A stretch of DNA of 64,000 nt. Origin: Actinophytocola sp. (lineage in GTDB: Bacteria > Actinomycetota > Actinomycetes > Mycobacteriales > Pseudonocardiaceae). The DNA lies in contig NZ_DASYTH010000428.1 in NCBI RefSeq assembly GCF_036002505.1, forward strand, positions 76,002 to 140,001, in the 5' to 3' direction. The notes beneath the pieces are model-generated. The model searched no databases. It was given only the letters and a program-made list of their open reading frames with translations, and was not told where the DNA came from. Shown here in pieces: positions 9,655 to 17,871 of the stretch (the stretch's first letter is position 1; the number at the start of each line of letters is the position of its first letter). The translations under genes were made by a program, and so were the position numbers.

Positions 9655-9830
9655 GTGTTGGCGCGTGGCGTCGCCACGTTGGCCGCTGGCGTCGCCGTGT
9701 TGGCATCGTGCGTGGCCAACACACCTGCGCCACACGCCAACACACCTGCGCCGCACGCCAACACACCTGCGTGACGCGCCAACATGCCTGCGCTGCGCGC
9801 CAACACACCTGCGTGACGCGCCAACATGCC
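9655..9830. repeat. 21-nt-phased repeat array (3 units TGTTGGC-type, then 5.4 units GCCAACAC-type in inverted orientation)
   Basis: Units start at 9655, 9676 and 9697, then at 9718, 9739, 9760, 9781, 9802 and 9823, exactly 21 nt apart. Confidence 0.9.
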
Positions 9831-9876
9831 GGGTGCGTGTCGGGTTACCGGCGGTGTCGGCAACCCGACAGGGCAA

Positions 9877-9892
9877 ATTGGTCTAGACCTCG
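9877..9892. promoter_or_regulatory. DasR-responsive element (dre)-like box
   Basis: ATTGGTCTAGACCTCG, 13/16 to ACTGGTCTAGACCACT; 15 nt upstream of the 9907 start. Confidence 0.55.
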
Positions 9893-9906
9893 CTTACCCT
9901 CGGATC

Positions 9907-10662
9907 ATGCACGTGATCCGGCGCACGGCCGCGCTCGTCGCGAGCCTCGCCCTGCTGCCCTTCGTCCCTGCTGCCCCGGCCGCTGCCGCGCCGACCCTGC
10001 CGGCGTGCCAGCACTTCTACACCGGGCCCATCCCGGACCGACCGCCCTCGCCCGGGGTCGGGCCGAGCCCGGAGATCGGCCCGGTCAACGTGAGCGGCCG
10101 GCTGCCCGCGCCCGGCGGGGTCAGCGGCGGCTACAACGCCAACGGCACGGTCACGTTCACGTTCAGCCGGGTCGCCGGCGCGCGGGCGTACCGGGCGTTC
10201 CGCAACGGCCAGGCGCTGCAGTGGATCGACGACTGGGGCCAGCCCACGCTGCAGGTGACCGACACCGCGCCCTGCCAGAACGCCAACTACCAACTCCTCG
10301 CGCTCGGCGACAAGACCGGCGCCGCGGCCAACCTCGGACAGATCTCCACCGCCTACCGGCTCGACGCGGGCAGCCGGCTCGCGCCGTTCCGGATCCCGGC
10401 CGGCACCCGGCTGACCTACACGGTCACCGCGTACAGCGACACCGGCCTGACCGCGCTGGGTTATGACGCGGGGGCCGGGTTCTGCGCGGTCGACGCCCGG
10501 AACATCCCGTGGGGCACCAGGTTCTCCGTACCCGGCTACGGCTTTTGTTACGCCGCCGACATCGGCAGCTGGATCAAGGACCGCATCGCCGACGTGTGGC
10601 TGCCCGGCACCCAGGCCGACCGCTGGGGTGTCCAGATCCGTGAGCTTGTCGTCCAACCCTGA
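9907..10662 (+). CDS. Secreted protein with C-terminal 3D/DPBB (RlpA/MltA-like) domain
   Basis: Signal peptide ..PAAPAAAAP; C-terminus AVDARNIPWGTRFSVPGYGFCYAADIGSWIKDRIADVWL resembles a 3D domain. Confidence 0.7.
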   Translation: MHVIRRTAALVASLALLPFVPAAPAAAAPTLPACQHFYTGPIPDRPPSPGVGPSPEIGPVNVSGRLPAPGGVSGGYNANGTVTFTFSRVAGARAYRAFRNGQALQWIDDWGQPTLQVTDTAPCQNANYQLLALGDKTGAAANLGQISTAYRLDAGSRLAPFRIPAGTRLTYTVTAYSDTGLTALGYDAGAGFCAVDARNIPWGTRFSVPGYGFCYAADIGSWIKDRIADVWLPGTQADRWGVQIRELVVQP

Positions 10663-10674
10663 GGAGAGGCCGCC

Positions 10675-12027
10675 ATGTCCCGCAGTCGCAACGGCATTCT
10701 CGCCGCCCTGGCGGCTTCGTGCGCCTCCCTGCTGATCGTGGCGCTGACCCAGACCGCGCCGGCCGGCGCGGCCACCAGCCCCACCGCGACCTTCAGCAAG
10801 GATTCCAGCTGGGACACCGGGTACACCGCGCGGTACACGATCGCCGCGGGCACCTCGGCGCTGTCCGGCTGGCGGGTCGAGTTCGACCTGGCCGCCGGCA
10901 GCTCGGTCGGCACGTTCTGGGACTCGCTGCTGACCAGCAGCGGCAACCATTACACGTTCGTCAACCGGGAGTACAACGGCAACGTCCCGGCCGGCGGCAC
11001 GACCTCCTTCGGTTTCAACGTGTCCGGCACGGCGAACCCGGCGAGCTGCAAGCTCGACGGGCAACCCTGCGGGGGCGCCCCGCCCACCAGCACGACGACG
11101 ACCACCCGTAGCACCACCACGACGACGACCACCTCGACGACCCCGCCGCCGGCCGGCAGCGTCCGGGCGGCGCCCTACATCGACATCACGATGAGCACCC
11201 CGTCGCTGGTGTCGGTGGCCAACGCGACCGGGCACAAGGTGTTCACGCTGGCGTTCGCGCTGGCCGACTCAACCGGCTGCAACCCGTCCTGGGGCGGCAC
11301 GATCCCGATCAACGACAGCCGGATTGTCAACGACGTCCGGGCGTTGCAGGCGGCCGGCGGTGACGTCGTGGTCGCCACCGGCGGCGCGGCCGGGCCGTAC
11401 CTGGAGTACACCTGCACCAGTTCCGCCGCGCTGCTGGCCGCCTACAAGCGGGTGCTGGACACCGTGGGCAGCAACCATCTCGACGTGGACGTCGAGGCCA
11501 CCATCCCGCAGGACATGGTGAACACGGCGCTGGCGCAACTGCAGCGGGAGCGCGGCACCACGATCAGCTACACGATGCGGGTGCAGGGCGACGACTTCGG
11601 CATGGACCCGTACTCGGTGCAGGTGCTGCAGAGCGCGGCGGCCCGGGGCGTGAACGTCACGGTGAACCCGATGACCATGGAGTTCGGCAGCTCGCGGCCG
11701 GACTGGGGCGACGCGGTGATCGCCGCCGCGCAGGCCAGCCTCAACCAGGTCAAGCAGATCTGGCCGGGAAAGTCCGACGCGGAGGCGAAGCGGATGCTCG
11801 GGGTCACCCCGATGATCGGCCGCAACTTCAACGGCAAGACCTTCACCCAGGCGCATGCCCGCAAGCTCGTCGACTGGGCCACGGCCAACCACGTCGGACT
11901 GCTCGCGTTCTGGTCGGTGGGCCGGGACAACGGCGGCTGCCCGGGCGGCGGCGTGTCCCCGACGTGCAGCAGCATCAGCCAGTCGACGTTCGAGTTCACC
12001 AAAATCTTCAAGGGGTTCCGGGGCTGA
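10675..12027 (+). CDS. Chitinase, CBM2 + Thr-rich linker + GH18-like catalytic domain
   Basis: CBM2-like WDTGYTARYTI..GWRVEFDL; paralogous to 13208 and 55629 (FTLAF..DSTGCNPSWGG, LAFWSVGRDNGGCPGG). Confidence 0.85.
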   Translation: MSRSRNGILAALAASCASLLIVALTQTAPAGAATSPTATFSKDSSWDTGYTARYTIAAGTSALSGWRVEFDLAAGSSVGTFWDSLLTSSGNHYTFVNREYNGNVPAGGTTSFGFNVSGTANPASCKLDGQPCGGAPPTSTTTTTRSTTTTTTTSTTPPPAGSVRAAPYIDITMSTPSLVSVANATGHKVFTLAFALADSTGCNPSWGGTIPINDSRIVNDVRALQAAGGDVVVATGGAAGPYLEYTCTSSAALLAAYKRVLDTVGSNHLDVDVEATIPQDMVNTALAQLQRERGTTISYTMRVQGDDFGMDPYSVQVLQSAAARGVNVTVNPMTMEFGSSRPDWGDAVIAAAQASLNQVKQIWPGKSDAEAKRMLGVTPMIGRNFNGKTFTQAHARKLVDWATANHVGLLAFWSVGRDNGGCPGGGVSPTCSSISQSTFEFTKIFKGFRG

Positions 12028-13051
12028 GCCGGCTGCCGTCCCGGTCGTCGGGCTCTCCCTCCGACCCGTACAGGCCGCGGGCGGCCGCCTGGAGACCGGC
12101 TTGGAACCGGGTGCGGGCGCCGAGTCCGTCCATCATGCGGCGGACCCGGCGCTCGACCGTGCGCAGCGCCACACCGAGCTTGCGGGCGATCGCCTGGTCG
12201 GTGAGGCCGGCGGCGAGCAGTGCCAGCAGCTGCTGGTCCCGCGAGCTCAGCGGTTCGGCGGGGTCGTGGCCGGCGGCGAACCGGTGCTGCGGCCACATCG
12301 GGGTGGCCTGCTCCCACAGCGTTTCGAACAGCGTGACCAGCCCGTCCAGCAGGGCGGACGCGCGGATCAGCACGGCGGTCCCGGTGACCGGGTCGGTGCC
12401 CGGCAGGTCGTGCGGGGCGAGGCCGACCCGGCCGTCGGCGATCACCAGCTTCATCGGCACTCCGGCCAGCACCCGGGCCTCCTCGCCGCGCGCCGCGAGC
12501 TGCCGCAGCTTCTCCACCCGTTCGGCCGGCCCGAGCGCGTCCCGGTCGTAGATCGTCCGGTAGCGCACCCCGCGGGCCAGCAGCTCCTGCTGCAGCTCGT
12601 GCTGGTCGCCGTCCGGCTCGACCACGTACGGCGGCTTGTCCAGGATCAGCAGCTCCCGCCGGGCCAGCTCCTGCAGCTGCCGGAACCGGTGCCCGACCGC
12701 CGCGCGCCCGTGCACCACCGCCACCGGAGACTCCACGGTGGACCAGCTGCGCGGCTGGACCCGTTGGCAGAAGACCACTCCGAGCAGGCGGGCGTGCTCG
12801 ATCTCCTGCTGGCGGCGCAGGGCCAGCACCTCCACCGCGATGTCCGGCGGGGACGGGGCGAACCGCGCCGGCCGGCCGCCGTTCCGGGCCACGAGACCCT
12901 TGTCCGCCAGTGATCTCAGCAGCACGCGCAGCCGGGAGGCGCCGAGCCCGGTGAGCCCGGCCAGCTCGGCCAGGGTGGGGTCGGGGTTGGCCAGCAGAAG
13001 CTCGTAGAGCTGCTGCTCGGCCGGCGTCACTCCAAGGCTGTCCAGCTCCAT
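12008..13051 (-). CDS. LuxR-family regulator with TrmB-like N-terminal HTH
   Basis: C-terminal LTDQAIARKLGVALRTVERRVRRMM (LuxR HTH); ATG 13051 (MELDSLGVTPAEQQLYELL). Confidence 0.75.
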   Translation of the reverse strand: MELDSLGVTPAEQQLYELLLANPDPTLAELAGLTGLGASRLRVLLRSLADKGLVARNGGRPARFAPSPPDIAVEVLALRRQQEIEHARLLGVVFCQRVQPRSWSTVESPVAVVHGRAAVGHRFRQLQELARRELLILDKPPYVVEPDGDQHELQQELLARGVRYRTIYDRDALGPAERVEKLRQLAARGEEARVLAGVPMKLVIADGRVGLAPHDLPGTDPVTGTAVLIRASALLDGLVTLFETLWEQATPMWPQHRFAAGHDPAEPLSSRDQQLLALLAAGLTDQAIARKLGVALRTVERRVRRMMDGLGARTRFQAGLQAAARGLYGSEGEPDDRDGSRLSPGTP

Positions 13052-13097
13052 TGCTGCCCCTGTAATGGTGCGCTCGTGAATACCCCAGTCAGCGGTT

Positions 13098-13113
13098 ATT
13101 GGTCTAGACATTG
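13098..13113. promoter_or_regulatory. dre-like box (weaker)
   Basis: ATTGGTCTAGACATTG, 11/16 to the dre consensus. Confidence 0.4.
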
Positions 13114-13122
13114 ACAACGCCA

Positions 13123-13138
13123 TATGGTCTAGACCACA
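13123..13138. promoter_or_regulatory. dre box
   Basis: TATGGTCTAGACCACA, 12/12 core TGGTCTAGACCA; 70 nt upstream of the chitinase start. Confidence 0.7.
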
Positions 13139-13207
13139 CTACCACCAGCGGTTAACGACCGTTCAACGACCGGACCCCGCATACCCCTGCCTGCGAGGAG
13201 ACCCGTC

Positions 13208-14758
13208 ATGCGACGACTGTTCCCGATAGCCGTGGCCGCCGCGCTGGCAGCCGTGGCCTTCGTTCCCACCACGGCCAATGCTGCCCCCGCGACCGCCACA
13301 TTCACGAAAGTCCAGGACTGGGGGACCGGATTCGAGGGCAAGTTCACCATCACCAACGGCACGACCAGCGCCATCAATGGCTGGACGGTGGCGTTCGACC
13401 TGCCCGCCGGATTCTCCATCACCTCGTCCTGGGACGCGGTGCGCGGCGGCAGCGGGCAGCATTTCACGTTCAGCAACCCGAGCTGGGCGCCGACCCTGCC
13501 GGCCGGCGCGAGCACCACGTTCGGGTTCAACGGCAGCCCCGGCAACTTCTCCGGCGGGGTGCTGAACTGCACATTCAACGGCGACAGCTGCAGTGGAGGG
13601 CCGAGCAATCCCGGAGCACCGACGACACCGGGGACGCCCAGCGTCACCGGCACCACGAACTCCTCGATCTCGCTGTCCTGGGGCGCGTCCAGCGGCACGG
13701 TCAGCGGGTACCGCGTCTACGAGGGCACCACGGTGCGTGCCACCGCGACCGGCACCTCGGCCACCGTCTCCGGCCTGGGCACCTGCTCGTCGCACAGCTA
13801 CACCGTGGCGGCGTTCAACAGCGTCGGCGAATCGGCGAAGAGCGGCGCGGTGAGCGCCACGACCGGCGGCTGCACCACGCCGCAGGGCGGACCGGGCGCG
13901 CCCTACCTGTACCTCGGCTGGGGCAACCCGCCGAGCCCGGCCACGGTGATGAGCGCGACCGGGGTCAAGTGGTTCACGCTGGCGTTCATGCTCTCCGGCG
14001 GCGGCTGCACCCCGGCCTGGGACAGCAACCGGCCGCTGACCGGCGGCGTGGACCAGTCCACGATCAACGCGATCCGGGCGGCCGGCGGCGACGTCATCCC
14101 GTCTTTCGGCGGCTGGAGCGGCAACAAGCTCGGCCCGAACTGCTCCAGCGCGACCGCGCTCGCCGGGGCGTACCAGCAGGTCATCAACGCCTACAACCTC
14201 AAGGCGATCGACATCGACATCGAGAACACCGACGAGTTCGAGAGCGAGGTCGTGCAGGACCGCATCCTGAACGCGCTGAAGATCATCAAGCAGAACAACC
14301 CGTCGGTGAAGACCATCGTCACGTTCGGCACCACGACCAGCGGCCCCAACTTCTGGGGCACCCGGCTGATCAACCAGGCGCGGGCGCTGGCCGCGAACGT
14401 GGACGTGTTCACGATCATGCCGTTCGATTTCGGCGGCGGCGCGAACATGTTCCAGAACACGGTCAACGCCGCCGAGGGCCTCAAGAACGCGCTGAAGACC
14501 GCGTTCGGCTGGTCCGACGCGCTGGCCTACGCGCACATGGGCATATCGGGCATGAACGGACTTTCCGACCAGCAGGAGCTGACCAGCCTTGCTATCTGGA
14601 CGCAGATCCGGGACTGGGCGAAGTCGCACGGCCTGGCCCGGCTGGCGTTCTGGTCGGTCAACCGCGACCGGCCGTGTCCGGGTGGCGGGGTGGTCTCCGA
14701 CTGCAGCGGGATCGCCCAGAACAACTGGGATTTCACCAGAGTCACAGCAGGTTTCTGA
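13208..14758 (+). CDS. Chitinase, CBM2 + FN3 + GH18-like catalytic domain
   Basis: Signal peptide, CBM2-like N-terminus, FN3 (SVTGTTNSSISLSWGASSGTVSGYRVYEG), catalytic DIDIEN; GAGGAG RBS. Confidence 0.9.
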   Translation: MRRLFPIAVAAALAAVAFVPTTANAAPATATFTKVQDWGTGFEGKFTITNGTTSAINGWTVAFDLPAGFSITSSWDAVRGGSGQHFTFSNPSWAPTLPAGASTTFGFNGSPGNFSGGVLNCTFNGDSCSGGPSNPGAPTTPGTPSVTGTTNSSISLSWGASSGTVSGYRVYEGTTVRATATGTSATVSGLGTCSSHSYTVAAFNSVGESAKSGAVSATTGGCTTPQGGPGAPYLYLGWGNPPSPATVMSATGVKWFTLAFMLSGGGCTPAWDSNRPLTGGVDQSTINAIRAAGGDVIPSFGGWSGNKLGPNCSSATALAGAYQQVINAYNLKAIDIDIENTDEFESEVVQDRILNALKIIKQNNPSVKTIVTFGTTTSGPNFWGTRLINQARALAANVDVFTIMPFDFGGGANMFQNTVNAAEGLKNALKTAFGWSDALAYAHMGISGMNGLSDQQELTSLAIWTQIRDWAKSHGLARLAFWSVNRDRPCPGGGVVSDCSGIAQNNWDFTRVTAGF

Positions 14759-14765
14759 CCGGGTG

Positions 14766-14806
14766 AAGGTGGGGTGGCCGGCATGCTCGGCCACCCCACC
14801 TTTTGT
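14766..14806 (+). terminator. Rho-independent terminator
   Basis: aaggtggggtggccg-gcatgct-cggccaccccacctt followed by ttttgtt. Confidence 0.8.
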
Positions 14807-14876
14807 TGTGCACCTTGCCCAATGCCAATGACTTGGTAAAGTGCAATCAGGTCCAGATATTGAACGGCTGTATTAA

Positions 14877-15061
14877 TGGAACGATTCCAATCTGCCGATA
14901 CGTGGAATTGTTCCAGTGATAACATCAATTTATTGTTGGTCAAACCTCCCTAGGGGTATAGGAATTCCACCGATTCTCGATGCACACTGGCCATGGGCGC
15001 GTGACTGCAGAATATTCGCTTAAGTCGGGGAGTGTATTGTGTTGGAGAGTGGAACTTCCAC
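14877..15061. promoter_or_regulatory. AT-rich region with four TGGAA/TTCCA palindromes
   Basis: TGGAAcgaTTCCA 14877-89, TGGAAttgTTCCA 14903-15, GGAATTCC 14961-68, GTGGAAcTTCCAC 15049-61; a sampled 60-nt line is 38% G+C. Confidence 0.5.
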
Positions 15062-15566
15062 GACCAATGGTCTGGCGCCGCGGTTGCGTTCGGTCGAGGC
15101 GACGGCCATTGGGAAACTGCGCCGCATCAGCCTGCCGTTGCTGCGCCTGTCGATCGGGCTGGTGTTCGTCTGGTTCGGCGCGCTCAAGATCGCCGGCAAC
15201 ACCCCGGTCGGCGATTTCGTCGCCCGCACCCTGCCCTGGTTCGACCGGCACTGGGTGGTGCCGGCGCTGGGCTGGTTCGAGGTCGCGATCGGACTCGCGC
15301 TGATCTCCGGCCGGTTTCTGACCCTGGTCTGCGCGGCCCTGGTGGCGCATCTGGCCGGCACGTTCCTCTCCCTGGTCATGCAGCCGGAAGTGACGTTCCA
15401 GCACGGCAACCCGCTCATGCTCACCACCGAGGGCGAGTTCGTCATCAAGAACCTGGTGTTCATCGCGGCCGGTCTGGTGATCGCGGCGCGGTTCCACGGT
15501 CAGGAGCCCGAAGTAGACGTGGTAGCCCCACGGCGGTCAGCAGAATCAGTGCCGCCACCGGCATGA
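15039..15566 (+). CDS. DoxX/YkgB (DUF417)-like membrane protein
   Basis: Four TM segments, LRLSIGLVFVWFGALKI motif; GTG 15039 after GGGGAG; 3' end overlaps the convergent MFS gene. Confidence 0.6.
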   Translation: MLESGTSTTNGLAPRLRSVEATAIGKLRRISLPLLRLSIGLVFVWFGALKIAGNTPVGDFVARTLPWFDRHWVVPALGWFEVAIGLALISGRFLTLVCAALVAHLAGTFLSLVMQPEVTFQHGNPLMLTTEGEFVIKNLVFIAAGLVIAARFHGQEPEVDVVAPRRSAESVPPPA

Positions 15567-16572
15567 TCCCGCCCACCGCCCAGACACCGAACACCAGCAG
15601 CGCCATCACCTCGGTCGCCAGCGCCGCGGCCGAGGTGACGGTCGCCCGCGCCGGCCCGGTGATCCGCTGCTGCAACCGGGAGTCGGTGACCACGACGGCC
15701 ATCCGGTACAGGCCGTAGAACACCGCCACCCCGAGCAGCCCGGCCGGCAGCCGCAGCAGCCCGGTCCCGGCGAACAGCACCGCGGCCGCGCCGAGCACGG
15801 CGCCGAGCGCGGCCGGGCGGAGCCGCCCGGCCACCCCGCCGAGTGCGGCACCCGCCGCCCCGGCCAGCGGAATGCCCAGTGTCGCAACCGGAACGACGCC
15901 CTCCGGCACACCCCAGTCCGCGGCCAGCAGCGGGAAGTACTCCTCCAGTGCGTCCACTCCGGACAGCACGGCGACGGCGATCAGCGCGGCCCGCACCGCG
16001 GAACTCCCCGCCGCCTCGGCCACGCCGGCTCGCAGGGTGGCCAGGTATCCGGCGGGCTCGCCGTCCTCGTCGTCCTTGCCGTGCTGCCGGGGTGGTTCGG
16101 GCAGCCGGGTGGCGATCATGGCGGAGATCAGGCAGGAGGCCACGCTCGCCCAGGCCACCAACTGGTAGTGGCCGAGGGAGAACAGCACGGTGGCGATGCC
16201 GGCCGCGGGCAGCTGGGCCAGCAGCTCGAGCGCCTCCGAGCGGCCGTACACCGCGGGGTAGGCCGACTCGGCGCGGGCCGCCACCATGCCGTCGTAGAGC
16301 AGCGCCTCGAACGCGCCGCTGGCCAGCGCGCCGCCCACGCTCCAGATCACGAAGCCGGCCGCGAACCCGGGGAAACCGGGCGCCAGCACCCAGAGGAGGT
16401 ACCCGGCGGCCTGCAGCACGCCGGCGGCCACCAGGGCGGCCCGCCGGGAGAACCGGTCGGCCAGCGCGCCGGTGGGCACCTCGGCGACGAAGCCGGTGAC
16501 CGACCAGATCATGAACAGCACCGAGATCTGTGTGCCGGACAACCCGGTGTCGGCGAACAGCAACGCGTACAA
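15460..16572 (-). CDS. MFS transporter (N-terminus possibly truncated by in-frame TGA at 16657-16659)
   Basis: Multiple TM helices; in-frame upstream reading is MPFL*RTVPPRARRLVRLSLTWSAASEIIPLYP, starting at ATG 16671. Confidence 0.75.
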   Translation of the reverse strand: MYALLFADTGLSGTQISVLFMIWSVTGFVAEVPTGALADRFSRRAALVAAGVLQAAGYLLWVLAPGFPGFAAGFVIWSVGGALASGAFEALLYDGMVAARAESAYPAVYGRSEALELLAQLPAAGIATVLFSLGHYQLVAWASVASCLISAMIATRLPEPPRQHGKDDEDGEPAGYLATLRAGVAEAAGSSAVRAALIAVAVLSGVDALEEYFPLLAADWGVPEGVVPVATLGIPLAGAAGAALGGVAGRLRPAALGAVLGAAAVLFAGTGLLRLPAGLLGVAVFYGLYRMAVVVTDSRLQQRITGPARATVTSAAALATEVMALLVFGVWAVGGIMPVAALILLTAVGLPRLLRAPDRGTAPRSPDRPR

Positions 16573-16720
16573 CGGGTACAGCGGAATGATCTCGCTGGCG
16601 GCGGACCAGGTGAGGCTCAGCCGGACGAGCCGGCGAGCCCGGGGCGGTACGGTGCGTCAAAGAAACGGCATGGCACGAGCGTATCCCGGACGCGCGGCGC
16701 CGCAATCGGTTTTGGCCGGT

Positions 16721-16773
16721 GCGATGAAAGCGTCGTTCCTCGCGCTGGGCGTGAGGAAAGCGTCGTTCATCGC
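16721..16773. repeat. GCGATGA...TCATCGC hairpin-family element
   Basis: gcgatgaaagcgtcgttcctcgcg-ctgg-gcgtgaggaaagcgtcgttcatcgc; starts 3 nt after the epimerase stop. Confidence 0.7.
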
Positions 16774-16776
16774 AAT

Positions 16777-17748
16777 TCAGGTCAGGGTGCGGCCGCCGGT
16801 GTCCACCTCGCCGCGGTCGATCAGCCAGGCCAGTGACTCACGGATGGCCTGCAGCGACGAGTACCGCGGCGCGTAGCCGAGCAGTGAGCGGGCCTTCTCG
16901 ATGCTCATGTTCGGGCTGTGCGCCAGGTGCTCCCAGCTGGTCTTGGCGACCTCCGGGTCGACCCCGCCCGCCCAGCTGTCGAACGGCTCGAACCGCAGAC
17001 TCGGCTCGTGCCCGAACCAGCCCGCCACCGCCTCGGCGTACCCGCGCACGGTCAGCGCCTGCGGGGACACCGCGTGGAACGCCTCGCCGGCCGCGGCCGA
17101 GCGCCGGTTCAGCGCCCGCTGGAACGCCTGGGCCACGTCGTCGGCGTGCACGTGGTGCAGCGTCTCCAGGCCGAAGTTCGGCAGCGCGACCTCCTCGCCG
17201 CGGGCCAGCGCGCCGAACAGGCCGAGGTCGAAGTTGCCGGCCGGATTGCACGGCGCCCACCCGGGTCCGACGATGTGCCCGGCGTGCAGCACGGTGGTGG
17301 GCACGCCGCCGCGCCGCGACTCGGCCAGCAGGTACTCCTCGATGGCGGACTTGGCGATGCCGTAGTCGCCGAACGGCGCGCGTGGCGCGTCCTCGGTGAC
17401 CGGGACCGCGGCCAGCGGGCCGTGCACCCAGATCGTGCCGCAGTGCAGCAGCAGCCCGGTGCGCCCCCGCAGCGCCTCGGCCAGCTGCCGGGCGCTGTCC
17501 ACGGTGAAGCAGACCAGGTCGATCACCGCGTCGGCGTCCAGCTCAGCCACCCGCTTGCCGAACACGCCGGCGGCGTCCTCGGCGTCCCGGTCCACCCGCA
17601 CCCGCTGAACCCGTTGCCACGCCGCGTCTTCGTGGTACGGCGCGCGCTCGCCGCGAGCCAGCACGGTCACCTCGTGGCCGGCGGTCACCAGCCGCGGCAC
17701 CAGGTAGCTGCCGATGTGTCCGGTCCCACCGATCACGGTCACCCGCAT
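16777..17748 (-). CDS. NAD-dependent epimerase/dehydratase
   Basis: MRVTVIGGTGHIGSYLV Rossmann motif; AGGAGA RBS. Confidence 0.9.
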   Translation of the reverse strand: MRVTVIGGTGHIGSYLVPRLVTAGHEVTVLARGERAPYHEDAAWQRVQRVRVDRDAEDAAGVFGKRVAELDADAVIDLVCFTVDSARQLAEALRGRTGLLLHCGTIWVHGPLAAVPVTEDAPRAPFGDYGIAKSAIEEYLLAESRRGGVPTTVLHAGHIVGPGWAPCNPAGNFDLGLFGALARGEEVALPNFGLETLHHVHADDVAQAFQRALNRRSAAAGEAFHAVSPQALTVRGYAEAVAGWFGHEPSLRFEPFDSWAGGVDPEVAKTSWEHLAHSPNMSIEKARSLLGYAPRYSSLQAIRESLAWLIDRGEVDTGGRTLT

Positions 17749-17795
17749 GGTGTCTCTCCTTTCAGCTGGCCACCGCCACAGCGTAGGAGACCCGC

Positions 17796-17858
17796 GAGTT
17801 CGACGCTCCAGCAACCGAGTTCGACCTTCCAGCAACTGAGTTCGACGTTCGGGACCGG
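17796..17858. repeat. 21-nt tandem repeat x3 (GAGTTCGACGCTCCAGCAACC)
   Basis: Units at 17796, 17817 and 17838. Confidence 0.85.
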
Positions 17859-17871
17859 TGCCCGGTCGGCG

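Noticed and set aside
9655-9830. Possible CRISPR array
   Set aside because: The units are contiguous 21-mers with no unique spacers, the array switches orientation midway, and no cas genes are present.
9601-9886. Short ORFs with heptad-like repeats (9636..9863, 9601..9876, 9665..9886)
   Set aside because: They are translation artefacts of the 21-nt (7-codon) repeat array in an intergenic divergent region. There is no RBS, and all frames and both strands are open.
8667-10466. 599-aa + strand ORF spanning the menC antisense strand, the repeat array and the 3D-protein gene
   Set aside because: It is a chimeric read-through of an antisense frame, an intergenic repeat and an alternative frame. 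menC and the secreted 3D protein explain the region.
11856-11865. Extra copies of the element core cgcaagctcg inside genes (also 20695-20704 and 45255-45264)
   Set aside because: They fall in frame on Arg-Lys-Leu codons of conserved proteins, have no flanking stems, and are explained by coding.
14527-14943. 138-aa minus-strand ORF starting in the AT-rich block
   Set aside because: It runs straight through the strong chitinase terminator hairpin and then antisense into the chitinase gene, so it is unlikely to be expressed as a protein.
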